NCBI GenBank assembly: GCA_964035545.1 | Contig: OZ037768.1 | Span: 9,952,741-10,016,740 of the forward strand | Reading direction: 5' to 3' | DNA from: Bugula neritina | Lineage: Eukaryota > Animalia > Bryozoa | DNA: 64,000 nt | Shown: positions 1 through 13,500 of the stretch, piece by piece | Layout of the letters: each line of letters begins with the position of its first letter | Position numbering within the stretch: the stretch's first letter is position 1 | The notes under the pieces: model-generated | What the model saw: only the letters and a program-made list of their open reading frames with translations | Told to the model about the DNA's origin: nothing | Database searches by the model: none | Position numbers and translations under genes: made by a program

Positions 1-603
1 ACTATAAATTTATAATCACTACATGTAGTTGACATAACTATAAAAGCCTATACATCAATCTATTGAGGCATTTTTACAAACCTAAATGGTAAATATAAAA
101 GACAACAGTGTATGATTATTAAATAAAACTGAGAGCAATTACCCAAGTTTAGTAACCAAACATTCAAGCTTTTAATTAATAGAACATGAAATAAAATTAA
201 CTTATTTTGAGCTATTATACCACATTTACAATCTGAAACAGAATTTTTACAATGAGTCACATTTATTTATGTTGGAAGCATGAAAGACTTAAACATCAGT
301 TTATAGTTTAGTCATTTGCTGTTTTCTATCTTTTAAATTAATATCATATATTTACGACACCAATAAAAGTTAATAAACCAAACTAGGAAGGTTATTCTCT
401 GAATGTGCTCTGTGATCTTTTTAAATTATAGTCTGTTTCTTCTCAGAATTTTATGTGTATAGTTCTATATAGTTGCTAGATTATTCATGCTTTCACATAT
501 CACATTCTGTACAGTTATGTGCATTCTTTGCATACATATAACTAATTTATTTGAAAGAGACATTGAACTGAACTCTATGGCTGTAGTAACAAGAAAAAGC
601 ATT

Positions 604-3314
604 TTAATAATTTATAGGAACTTTTTCACAAATATAGGCTAGTGTAGCGTCGCAGTAACCATCATCAAAATGGTACCAATCATCAGTCGGATGGCGACTA
701 TCACCATTGGCAAATAGATTAAGGCAGTCTTGTCGACCACCGTAATTATCTGGTTGCCCTGTCGCCCAATCAGTTGTCAGTATTGGGGAGTCTGCAATCA
801 GCCCATTCCAGTACCACACACCATTTCTTTCAAACCCTCCAATCCAAGATATTTCTCTTAAAATGCTGTGATAAGCTCTATAGCCTCGCATCCAAATGAT
901 TTCTTCTTTAGATTCAAGAACAGCAAGATGACCACCCATATCTCTGCAAAACCCTTGCGCAGATTTCCAGTTTGCCTTAGGTGACATCACAAACTTATAG
1001 CATGACCCATAAGGACCATCTATCCATCCATTCCCACATGGTAATTTTCCTAAGGCAGTTACTACAAATTCAAATCATTTCATATAAGCTTTCATCAAAT
1101 TTGTTTTTTTCTTTATGAAATATAAAAAATACATACATATGTCTTTTGCGCAATCAACACTGCAATTTGTTTAGTTGGTAAGTTTTGCTTTCTATATACA
1201 AGTATATTTATAAATTCAAAGTCTAATCAAATTATATGAGCTCAAACTCAAAACCCTAAGGTGGTGCAAAGGTTTCATCCCGGATAGACGCTTCCCACTT
1301 GAACGCTTCCCAGTTAGGTGCCATTTTTTATTTTGGTGTAATACCTATATATAGTAACATACTTATGTATATGTATAATATATTTATAAAACTGTTGTAT
1401 TGATTGCTAAACATAAAATAGTAGTTATTAATATGAATTATCTGGAATGGTATTCCAATTTTCATGGACTTGTGTGGGACAAAAAAACATTAATACATTA
1501 ATAATCGATATTATCCTTAATGAATACTTATTAATGAAATATTTTTTCAAGCAACAAGAAGTATAAAAAATGCAAAATGAGTAAGTTAATGAAGATCAAA
1601 GGAATTTATTTATGTGCTAAATAACAATAATTGATATAAATATACATATATCTCAATAATATTTAAATAAATTGCACATGAAATACATATATTGTACTAA
1701 AATAAGCAAATAGCATCTAACTGGGAAGTGTCCATGTGGGAAGCGTTTAAGTGGGAAATTTAACCTAGCGTCTAACTGGGAAGAGTCTATCTGGGATGAC
1801 ACCAGTGCAAAGAGTTTGCTTAACTTGGGTTTACTTTTTTGGTTTGGTGATTGAGTTTGAGATGTGACTGCTTGATTTCATAGCTAGACAACTTCTCAAA
1901 ATATCAAAGTTTTGCTAAAATTTCCACTATTCTGAAAAAAATTACAAAAGGGTATTTAGTTCTGAGACCCAAACTCCCAAAAATAGTAACAAACAATATT
2001 TAATCATTTACTATTTAAAGGATTGCTCTATCTTAGTTTATTACAATCACATTATAATTATGAACTATAATCTAATGTGTATGCAAGCAATTGTGACTTT
2101 GCAAAGGGATATATGCCTAGAAAACAGCTTTTCAAAATTCCAATTTTGAGGGAGGTAAAATTTTCAGCCATGAAAAAGAATAGCCTAATACGTGACGTGT
2201 GAACGCCAGTAACTATGCTGCACGTGCTAACTATAACGCTAGTATTCAAGGTTGCTGAGCGCAACATCAACCAATAACGCTCAAGCAGTTACAGTGCGCT
2301 ATATAGGTCAGCTTTGGTGTGCCCGTAATATTGCACAATCTGACCTAGTTTAGATCGATCGCAGGCATTCATCCTAAAGAATGGATGTTTTTGCAATGCT
2401 TTTTTCTATGTTTACAAGCAAAATATGGCCTAATGTTATCACATACATGTTATTTAACATGTCAAAAAACTATAGATTGAGATAATTCACATTTGCACTT
2501 CTATAAATATACAAATTACGAGCTGAAAGATCACATCTCACAGTCATATTTCTATAGTTATTCATTTGTATAGTCACGTGACCAGCAGGAATGCTGGCGC
2601 TGTTATGTCACATTTCCCAGCTCATTTCAAAATCGGCGTTTTGGCTGTTACCAATCTACACCCTCAACTTCAACTAACTTTTTCTACCTTTGGTCAAATG
2701 CTTTTTGTCAATGCATGCTTAGAAAAACACAATATTATGTGTGTGTGACCTAAATGGCCATTTATTAGACAAGATAGAGCAATCCTTTAATATCATAAAA
2801 ATTTATTTTTGAGCCTTTTATTCTACTATTGTAAGTAATTATAGTAATTTAGTAACCTGATGATGAAAAAAATAACTCAAATTCTAAGCATCATAGTATA
2901 ATGATACAAGATATTTTTTTACTGTGATGCACTTTAGAAAATTTTTTCTTTGGTATTTATTACAATATATAGTAAAACATTTGGATTAGTGAATCTCACT
3001 TTAACAGACAATTTTATATATTTTGTATCAAAAGTTTTAACTATATATACATCTTGGAAAACACAATACTAATTATAAAGCAAAATACGGAAACTGGTCA
3101 TTTGTAGAGTCTACTCATGTCTTGCCAAATGTATTTTTAAAATGAATATTCAGATAAACACGAAGTAGGTACTACAAAAAGCACCATTTTGAAATATGCA
3201 GCATTCAATACCACTATACATTATAGATCTACCTTGCACATCACTGAGAAAACTGGCTACAATATGATACTTACCCACACACAGCCAAAAAAGAGTGAAT
3301 ATAACCTTCTCCAT
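604..3314 (-). CDS. Secreted C-type lectin (single CTLD, perlucin-like, QPD motif); predicted exons 3314-3275 (signal peptide MEKVIFTLFWLCV) and 1049-604 (CTLD)
   Basis: Exon 1049-604 follows the acceptor ccttag and reads KLPCGNGWIDGPYGSCYKFVMSPKANWKSAQGFC...GGHLAVLES...WIGG...WATGQPDN...DC...FDDGYC...YICEK, the canonical CTLD pattern. The short hydrophobic exon ends G|gtaagt in matching phase 1. The domain call is strong; the first exon is moderate. Confidence 0.85.
1271..1803. mobile_element. Non-autonomous DNA transposon (MITE) with TIRs and an approximately 8-bp TSD
   Basis: Left end GGTTTCATCCCGGATAGACGCTTCCCA matches the reverse complement of the right end GGTGTCATCCCAGATAGACTCTTCCCA. 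CTTCCCA motifs repeat subterminally. Flanks are GGTGCAAA and AGTGCAAA. A second copy lies at 28286. Confidence 0.85.
2019..2786. mobile_element. TTAA-targeting non-autonomous DNA transposon (Kolobok-like ends)
   Basis: TTAA|AGGATTGCTCTATCTT ... AAGATAGAGCAATCCT|TTAA gives a 16-bp perfect TIR with a TTAA TSD. Purine-purine termini fit Kolobok better than the CCC ends of piggyBac; the classification is inference. Confidence 0.8.
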
Positions 3315-3786
3315 TTCAGTTAGAGCTGCTATAGTGCAAAATTCAGCAACTATACCATTGTGACTATGGTCTTGAAATTCCTGATGGAGAGTTTGTAGCC
3401 TACAACTTGTGTTTATTTTAGTATGATAGTTATCTAACATTGCCAGATGTTCAAGTTGACATGGCTATCTCGACCCCTACACCATCTAAGTTATTAAAAT
3501 TGCTAGTGATAACATTATATACAATAATAAACAAAATCTATGTTTATAAAAATTAATGCAGCTCCATTACATTACTGCCCTACCTATGGATTTAATGCAT
3601 GCTATGATTATGTCATTATAATACTTCTAATTTAGCTGAGTAACATGTAACCTGGCAACATGCTACTTCATCAACAGGGTCGCCTTTGTTTTAAAACAAA
3701 CAACTTACAAGAGTTTACAGTCACTATCCAGGAGAACTCCCTGGTGGAAAGGTTTTTTTTAAAGCAGCTAATGATTTGTTCTTACA

Positions 3787-3870
3787 TGGCACAGGAGCAA
3801 TTATGACTAAATGTTTTTCCTAACTCAACCACTGATCTCATACTTACTAGGCCAGCACTCGATCCAACAC
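3787..3870 (-). mobile_element. Degenerate fragment of the tRNA-derived SINE family
   Basis: GGCACAGGAGCAATTATGACTAAATGTTTTTCCTAAC matches the copy at about 32701 (GCACAGGAGCAATTGTGACTGGATGCTCTTCCTAAC). Confidence 0.6.
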
Positions 3871-4531
3871 ACTATGAAAGCTCCATTTTTAAAGGAGATT
3901 TAGTATTATTACCGGTATGTAGTGCAAATAATCATACTGCAGGTAATAGGAAAACAGCCACCCTAGTTGCAGTTATCTACTTCTTTGTGTTCAATGCAAT
4001 GCAATAATAGAGATTTTAATCCCAAGCACAGTTAAATGAAATAAAATTAATCAGCATACATACATATATATGAGCTTTATTGCACCATCAGGCTTGAGAT
4101 ATAGATATGTAAACAAAAAATCGTGGCTAACAGAGATTCTGAGAAAAAACTTCATAAAATAAACATAGTATAATTAAACACTAAACTCTAGTTAGAACAC
4201 AACATTTCATATTGCATTGACCCAAATTAATTATATTAAACACATGGTAAAGATAAATAATATATAATAATAACATTGTAATAGAAGCTATAGTTGTGTT
4301 GATAAATGTGAAGACAAAGTTTAACCCATGACCAGATATAACATAAACAAAGCCTGAACAAAACAAAAATGCTAGCCTATGACAAAACACCTTATAGAAC
4401 ATATATATCTTACCACTACCTACTATCGTATCTTTTATAAAAGGGAATGTGGATTTTGTTAACAAGGCGCATTAAAAACAACCAATAAGTGGTTCTTAGG
4501 CATACAAGAGCAGTTAGTGAAATTAATCTTC

Positions 4532-7500
4532 TTATAAGACTTTGAAAACATCAAACTTGACGTTTTTGTAAACTTGCTTGAAGTATGGTGATGGATCCTC
4601 CACCATGACAGTACAGAGAGGTCTTTTACCAGCATTCTCCGGATCTTCAACATCCCAAATCTCTGGCATCGTGCAACCCTTTCTGTAAAGCAACAAAGAA
4701 GAACAATAAAATGTTTCAAAACAACATTTTAATGTTAAATAGTTTTAGGAAAGTAATATTTATACTGCAAATTCAGGCAGCTGGTAGTTACATGTAGTTT
4801 CAGTACAATAGCTGTTACATTAGTATACTAGTGTGTTATATTGGTACACTAGTGCGTTACATTAGTCTGTTAGTGTGAATATAGAGGTATTTTTAACACA
4901 ATATGAATGATAAATACTAAATAAAAGAGTTGAAGGGTTTATATCACCAATACTTTTTATACCAGTAGAAGGTTTGAGGTTTGGTGATCAGACATAAAGA
5001 TATTATGTGCACCGGAAAAACTCCTCCCAGTGTTATAGGAGGGCAAAGGTGTCCTTTTATAAACACATTATGAAAATTTAAAAGATAATAGCATGTTTTG
5101 GTAGGTATTTTTGTCTCCTTATAGGTAGAATACATTTTAGAGTGTACAAAATTTTCAATTATTAGTGTCAAGCTTTTCAATGATGTGCAAAATTGATAGA
5201 GGGCAGAAGACTTATGACTTATAAATGCTAGTTGTTTATTTATATGTATAGAAATGCAAAGCAAAGACATGCACCAATGCCACCAAAGCCATTTCTAACA
5301 GGGTGAAAATGGATGGTAATATAATCATATAAATTATAGCAAAACGTACTTGGCACCACTTCTCAAACACCAGCCTCCTTCATATACAATATATTCGACA
5401 CGTAGCTCCTTGCATACATCATACAGTTCTTTCTTGGTCTTTCGGCTCGTCATTGTATATATCTTCTTTGTCCGTTTCCTTCAATACCACATACATATTT
5501 AATCTACACATACATTGGCTCTTTTTACCAAAGGATGAGATCCCAGAAAAATATACATGCACATTATATTTTAGTTTTTGTAATATACGCAGTGATTGTT
5601 TAGTTGTAATAATCATATGGTGGTAATCGTAGTTTTATTACAACCAAAAAGCTACAAGGTCAACGAACTAGTAGAGCCTAGCTTCTTAATACAAATAAAA
5701 ATTCCCATCGTCATCTTGAGCTGATCTTTGGATAGAATAGTATGGCTTTTACAGTAATGAGTAGTTTGTGCGGAACTAACAATCTTACCTAATGCCAGAG
5801 TCTTCATAATGAGGATGGTTAATGATTGGTCGCAGAGTAGATAACTTAATATTTGCCATAGTGGGCATAGGACCTCCAAAAACGGCATCTGAAAGTAGCA
5901 AAATTTAAAGAAAACACATCTGAATAAAGTTCTTAAAAAATTATTTGAAATTTCAAAAATCTGTAAATTAATTCGAAGCAAATGAGCATCTAGAAATTAG
6001 AAAAATAAAATAAATAAAATCTATTGACAGCTAAAAACTATTAAAAAATATGCTGATTAAAATAACAGCAAAAGCTCAATGAATCATACTGTCACAGCTA
6101 TATTGGCAGCAGATTTGGTTAAACCTGAGTGTATAAAACAAGACAATTCAATGCTAAGGTAGTAATTACTTTCTGGTGTAGATTCATGGATCCAATCGAT
6201 GAGATCTTCCATAGGGTAATTACTGTATTCCCCTTTGATACTCCATTGCTGTTGTAAATTACCGTAACCATAGAAACACATCATGCTAAATAGCAGTACG
6301 AGCAGAGCTCTGTGAAAGGCTATGTCTTTTATCATAGGCTCAATTACCTGCAATATTCAATATCATGCAACTAATTTGTACAATATATTATGTTTAAGTC
6401 AATTTATCTGAAAAGAAACCTTCGAGGTCACGGGTTCAAGCCCTGACAAAGGCCATTGGTGATGGTAGGAAGAGCATTCAGTCATAATTGCTCCTGTGCC
6501 CCATCTGAAAAAATTCTTAGCCCGATTCAACAAAAACTCTTTCCATCAGGGATTTTTCACAGGGATGGTGACTATAAACTTGCGTGAGAAACCTTCAATT
6601 ACTGGGTGTGTATAGCTACTGAGGTTCATTCATAGTATACTGACCTTTCGAGATGCCAGAATGCTGACAACAAGGCAAAGCTGTGGAGTAGCAAACAACT
6701 TCAATCTCATGATCACAACTGCCATAGCAACAAATGCACACATTTGAAAGATGTTGTAAAGTAGCTGAAACAGAAATAGGAATGGAAATTTTTACCGCCA
6801 TCTAATTGACTGTTTAAAAAGTGAACACCCTTTAAAACAGTGAAAGTAACAGCATCAAGGCAAAAATAATGTAAAAGTTGAGCAAAATTTTACTATTTAA
6901 ATTTTTTGTGAATAAATCAAGCAAATTTTGTTAGTGTTTTGGCTGCAAATCATTATCGTTAAAAGCAATGTTACAATTTTACGCTAAACCACTAGATTTT
7001 TCAAGACCCTACAGCCATATTCAAGTTCTATAGAAAGCGATACATACTACTTATTGAGGATTTTTAATGCTAGTTTTTCTTTGCTTCTGCAGCACTAATA
7101 ATTATCACTAGACTGGTTCAAATGTTTAAAACTCAGGCTATACAGGCTGTTAATAGAGAAAACAAGTGAAACTACCTTGCTATAGATATTTTTAGTTAGC
7201 AATAATTAGTACTAGTCCTGTAGCACTGAGGACACTCAGCCAAACAAATACGTCATCAGCAAGTGAGCCATGAATGCGCAAAACTTATTACAAAACCAAT
7301 ATGCTTGATCATACTACCATGAAGTTGTATTTACACAACAGCCAATATATCTGTGAACAATTCAATACTAAATATAACATGTCAGAGATTCTGTACAGCA
7401 TCAATTAATATTGACTGTCAACTAAAGGAAACATCCCTTTACCTCAGCATGCTCTTTCTCATCCCCCATATTTTTATCTTCAGGATACGTGATGATTCCT

Positions 7501-10500
7501 TCCTTCTTGGAGTAGAACTTATTATTTACTTCTCTTCGTAGCAGCTATTTAAGTAAGTCACAATTACTATATAATGTTCATACATTCCCATACATTCACA
7601 TGGTTTATTGCTTCAAATAAATGTAAGACATCATAAAAATACTTTTAGCCAAGCAAAGTAACGCATGTATATAAAATCACTTAACTAAAATTACGTATGC
7701 TATTTCTTACATAAAATTTCAAAATAACTATAAAAAGTAACAATGTAGTAACTCACGGTAAACACAATTAGCGCCACTGATAAGACCATGGCAGGTATTA
7801 GGCAAGTCTTAGTAAGCTTCGTGTACGTCTCGTACTCAAGGAAGTCAAACTCTGGGGCACAAGTATACAAAAGTGTGTGGAAGTTCTTAAAGTTGCCAAA
7901 TTTACTTCTTAGAATATCACCAATGTGTGCCTACAAAATAAGTTCAGCATAATAAAATAAAAATACATATATTTAATTTTTCTTTTTCAATTATGTGAAT
8001 AACAATTTTATCTATTTATATTTGTATACATGGGGGTAGCAAAAAAAGCATGAATATCCAAGAAATGTTTTTATTAATATATATTACAGCAACCAACGGC
8101 AATGTTTTGACAAAAAAGAAACTTCTAGCAATTTTCCAGTTCTGGGTTGTTGCCTATGTCTATATGAAGAGCATAAATGCAGGTCCGGGACAGAATAATT
8201 CTGATATTGTAAAAAGTATAGCTTAGTTACTCCCCCTAAGCTATGTACAGAGACTTTAAAGTGTACTCATAAACATGGCTTCATGGGAAAAGAGATCTGG
8301 CTGCAACATACTAATACAGTTATCTGCCGTGGTAAAATCTTAGAAGACAAAGGTCAAAGATTAGTATATATTGCACAAGCTTTCAAATAGCTACACATAT
8401 ATTGAATGCTTTATTCATGTTTGAGGTAGGTGCAGTAATGGAGAAATTGAGAAAAGCATGTGTTCCAGATTAGAAATGTAGCATAAGAAGTTATGTTCTC
8501 ACAAGAATTTCAACCCGCTCCCAAACCAAAATTTATAAAGAAATTAAAAGAACCTAGGCTATCTCAATTTCTCCACTACTGCTCCCAAATGTCATTCTCT
8601 CATCCCAGTAATATGTTTCAAAAGTTGTATATGTCTTTGAACCTAATTTTCTCAAAAACATACTTTCAACATCTGAATTACTTTCCTGGTGAGCAGAAGC
8701 ATAACAGGAAACACTCTGTGTATATAACTTACAATATATTTCAAATGTCATAGATTAGATTTTTATAGAATAAAACATGTGGATACACACTCTATGCTTT
8801 ACAGTAAGATGGCAAAGGGCAATGACCTAATAACACTCACATCGTCTTCGACTTGAAGGAGCTTTCCCAGAAGCACCTTCAGACCAACCATACCTATCAG
8901 CAAGACTACGCCTTGCACTACGAGTATTAAAGGGCGGATTTTCAACTTCTGTAGAACACCATCAAGCAGCAATATGACCTAAACATGTGCCAGATGTAGA
9001 AATTAGTAAACATACAAAGGTTTAATTGATTTACGATCAGGCTTTATCACAAATGACCAACATTGCATTCACAATCTCATACCACCTACATAATGCAACA
9101 TTAAATCCTGTTTAATAATGAAGGTTTTACTGACGGAACAACCTGCATCATGCAAAAGGAGTGAGTACACAGTAGTATTTGTAAGTAAATACTTAGATTA
9201 GAGTTAGGTTGCTGTAGTAGTTTGTGTTTTTTTTTTTAGTATAAATGCATGATTTTAGAAACATAATATAATATTCCTTAATAAATCAATAGAATGATAT
9301 GCTCTTTAGCATATTGTTGTATTGATTTATTAAGGAATATTATATTATGTTTCTAAAATCATGCATTTATACTAAAAAAAAACTTACAACTTACTACAGC
9401 AAGCTAACTCTAATCTAGAGCAAAAAACTTATATCAAATTGAATTTTGAGTTAAATATAAAACTTTTTTTTAAATATATGCAATCCTAATAAAGCATTCT
9501 ATTTAAATTCGTAACATCCATTTAGAATTGACCATATAAATAAATACTTCATCAACTAATGAATACATTCTCATGGTATAAGAAGTACAATATATTCACA
9601 CAATAGGAGTTCGTGTTACAGTTGATATAAACTTATGTATAACTTACGGCAACGGATAAGATACAGGAGGCATAGAACGAGGTGAGTAACATCTCATTTC
9701 CAAAAAGCAGCACAAAGCTTGTAGCTATTCCCATCTAAAACCATTAAAATATGTATATGTTGAAATAAGTTCAAATCATGAAACTAAGATTTCATTATTA
9801 TCAATATTTTAATGGAATGTTTAAAAATTAAGGGCAAATTATCGCTTCTTCACTCGGTAAAAAAATATTTCTATCAAAACTGCGAGCTGTGTTGATAAGT
9901 TATCAACTAATGAAATATTAAACATTGTCATGTTTAATAGAACATATAATTAATATATACGTTGAGACTGTCTAATACCTACAGCATGGCCAATCAGAAC
10001 AAGCTTCATTCTCTTGTAGTTGATATAACCAAGGACATAGCAGCCTAGAACAGCAACCAGCTGAGTCATCAGAGCAAACTGGGCAAACTGCAACATAACA
10101 CAACAGATAAAACACATTGACTTTCTATCTGTTTTATCTAGTAAAACCTCTCGAGATACTTGTCTCTAATGCTTAATAATATTTAGCATGTTGTTAAGCA
10201 AGTGGCTCAGATTTGAAGCTACTGCAGCTGTTAGTAATCCAAAAAGTATATTTGAGCAAGAAGTGCAAAATGTGTTTAATCTATACACTTTTAGTAGGGC
10301 TAGTTAATGTATAATCAACACAAAAATGCTTTTAAAGATCTAATTGTTATATAGAATGGGAATGCAGCGTTGGCCTAAAATTGCATTTGATGTCAGAAAG
10401 GGCACCCAATTCCTGGCACTAAGTCAGCTACAGAGAAATTTGGTGAGGGAAAGTTTCTTCTAAGAAAGCGAGAACTTAAACCACAATACAATGAGTGAGT

Positions 10501-13500
10501 TGTTAATAATAAACTTTTTATGAAAGAAAAAACTAACAAAAATCATAACATGGATGGCCGTGGCTACTCACATACCAAAGAGTTATGAACCAACAAGAGG
10601 CTCTCTCACCTGCCAAGGTAACATGAAGCTCACTATGCACAAAGCTAGGTAAACAGAATCTTTGAGACTTGGACTGCGCTTTCTAAGAAATGACAGAAGG
10701 ACAGAAGAAAAGGTAAGCATTGCAATCTCTCAGTATTGAGGGGTAAAACAGGTTGGGATTTGTTAGTTGAATAGTGGGAAAGTAATCAGTGTAATGTGAT
10801 ATTTTTAAAAAATGCGTATAAAACAAAGCACTAATTAAAAAATATATATCACAGTTTGTAAATTTCTTGCAGCAATCAAGCGTTAAGATTTGAGTTTCAA
10901 CAAGAAATTGAAAATTATTTGGAAACGTGTATTTGTGCAGCAAAAGTGAATTTCCGATTAGAACTCCAAATAAGCTGCCATGGTGCATGTGCATGGATAT
11001 TGGAGTGGGATTCATAGCACTACACCATAACATTATAAAATTGAAACAAAATTGTACATACTTGAGCATATAAGACAAGAAGAACATTTCTGACACTAAA
11101 ATTGGAAAGGCAAAACTTTCTCTTAGTGGTGGAGTCCACATCACACGAGTGCATTCGCCGTGGTTAAGAAAATATCCACCTACGGTGAGTAGCCCACCAA
11201 ATATACTTCCGCTAGAAACATACAGCATAGGAATGGTCAACAATTGGAATGCAAAAGAAACATATGATAAAAATATTCGTTCATACTGAGTTTTGTATAA
11301 GTTTCAACAGCTACAAAATAAATATCATTCAACAAAAGGTTTCAACTAAAAGTTGCTGGAGATTTCAATACAAATTATTTCTTGTGTAAAAAATATTTCA
11401 AATAACCATGCTATAAAAATTACTAACTATGCTTTTAACAATGAAATGATTACCAGTTTCTTCAGTTACTAGTTGAAAATTTTATTTGGTAGCTTAGTAC
11501 GGCCCGTAACAAATGGCATACCTTAGAAAAGTGCCAAAGAGAAAATACAATCCCATCATAGCCCCGTTAAGGTTCATCACAGCTGTTACATAGAAGTAAG
11601 TTGGTTCACCTATTCCTGCAAGTAGTAAAGGAGTTAGTATAGGCAAGGGTTATGACCACCTGACAAGTGTGTTTTTAATATTACGAGATAGTCCAATGCA
11701 TTTAACTAACATTGCCAACCAAAATTCGTTATTGCTATTGTACCATAAACAGTAGTTTAATGATAAAATATAATTACCTTCACAGCTGGGTACTGAGGAT
11801 TTGCCTTCTCCTCTATTGATGGAGTAACACATTCTCACATTCCATTTGTTATCCTCTGATATTTTCATGAACACTCTATAGGCAGCGCCAAGTATTACCT
11901 AACCAGACAATAACTACCCATAAGTCATGGGTCATTTTACTTAATTTAGTACACACTGAATATCTTCAGTTTTTAGTTATTTTTCATCATATAACTACTA
12001 ATGAACATAGGTTTTTGATCAAAACTAGAAAAACACCAATAAATACACCTAAATAATCAAAGTTCTTTTTAATTTTGCTTCATTTCCCATGTTTTTTCCT
12101 AATTGCTGAGCTACTTCTGGTTACGGACCGTTACGGTTTTTTCGTAACGGTCCGCACTCCTAATAAGCTAAATAAATAAGAAAAATCATTGAAAATCAAG
12201 CAAAATTAAAAAGAACCTTAATTATTTTGGTGCATTTATTGGTGTTTTATTAGTTTTGAGCAAAAAGCCATGTTCATTACCATTTAAATTGTGAAAAATA
12301 GCTAAAAACTAGAGATTTAAGTGTGTACTAAATTAAGTAAAATGGCCCTCATGTGAAATATTAGTAAATGAATATAATCAGATAAATAACATGTATTCAA
12401 ATGCAGAATAATTGATTGCACCATTCAATATAAAAGAGTTATCTGTCTCAGAAAACTAAGCAAAATTCTAACCAAACTCGCCGATACCAGGAATGAATAA
12501 GCCCTAAATTAGCGGCTCATCAATCATTATAGTACAGTATTTAACATAAATCAGTCTGAAATAATCGCCAACTCACAGAGGAAGTAAAGGTAAATCAATA
12601 GTCATTTGCACCACAAACTACACGTCACCATCACCGGCAATAAGCAAAGCACAGAACTATATACATGCTGTGCCAAATAAAGTTGATCAACCACTAGCTT
12701 TTGAAACTACTTAAATCAGTGAGAAAATACCGGACTAAATAATACGACAACAGCAGACTCTCATGCAATCAAAGGTTTTTCTTACTTTTATAAAAAGAAT
12801 AGCAATATTCTGATAATCTGCAACCAACAGGTACAAAAAGTATATAGAGTTTTCCTACCACAAAAATGCAGCTGAAAATGAGGCTAATAAAAATTATTGA
12901 ACTTATCTTTAAAAGCAAAAAAAACATATATATCATAAAATTTCGTGAAAAAAGAAACAGTTGGCTGAAAGATTACCTCCGGGTACAGGTTGAAACGCTT
13001 CAGTGTATTGATGGTGTCTGGAAACTCAGTTACATTATCACTCGTGATTCGATGCAAGCCATTACTGAATGATGGAGCATCAATAATAGTTTTAAAGTAG
13101 GAGTAATAGAGTCCCTGAAACGCAACAAAGATAAAACAACTTACTTTATATTAAGAACAAATTCAGACAAAGTTGAATCATTCTTTGCTTGCTACATGAT
13201 TTACATCACCTCTTCCCTTACTTTTAAATTAAATACTAAAACAGTAGAACTTTGAAGCGTTAAAAAATGGAAATTCTACATTATTGAATATACATGCAAT
13301 GTGTGAGAATACCAATAGTGAGTTCTTCAGCACTATTACGAGTAATATCTTACTATGATAGATTTGTGAACAAGATTAATTGCTTTCATTTGTTGGACAG
13401 GTTAAACATTTTAAGTACTTTGTAAAACAAAAGTCATCTCATCTCAAATCGAAAAAAAATTAGAGACGGAAGTCAATCACATGACTGTCTAAAAATATGA

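Noticed and set aside
4181-5981. ORF-track ORFs 4181-4465, 4459-4719, 4944-5270, 5419-5616 and 5652-5981
   Set aside because: Off-frame overlaps of DPY19 exons, or intron/UTR sequence with no coding features.
13465-13490. CGGAAGT and CACATGAC motifs (ETS-like and E-box-like)
   Set aside because: Short motifs expected by chance, with no supporting context.
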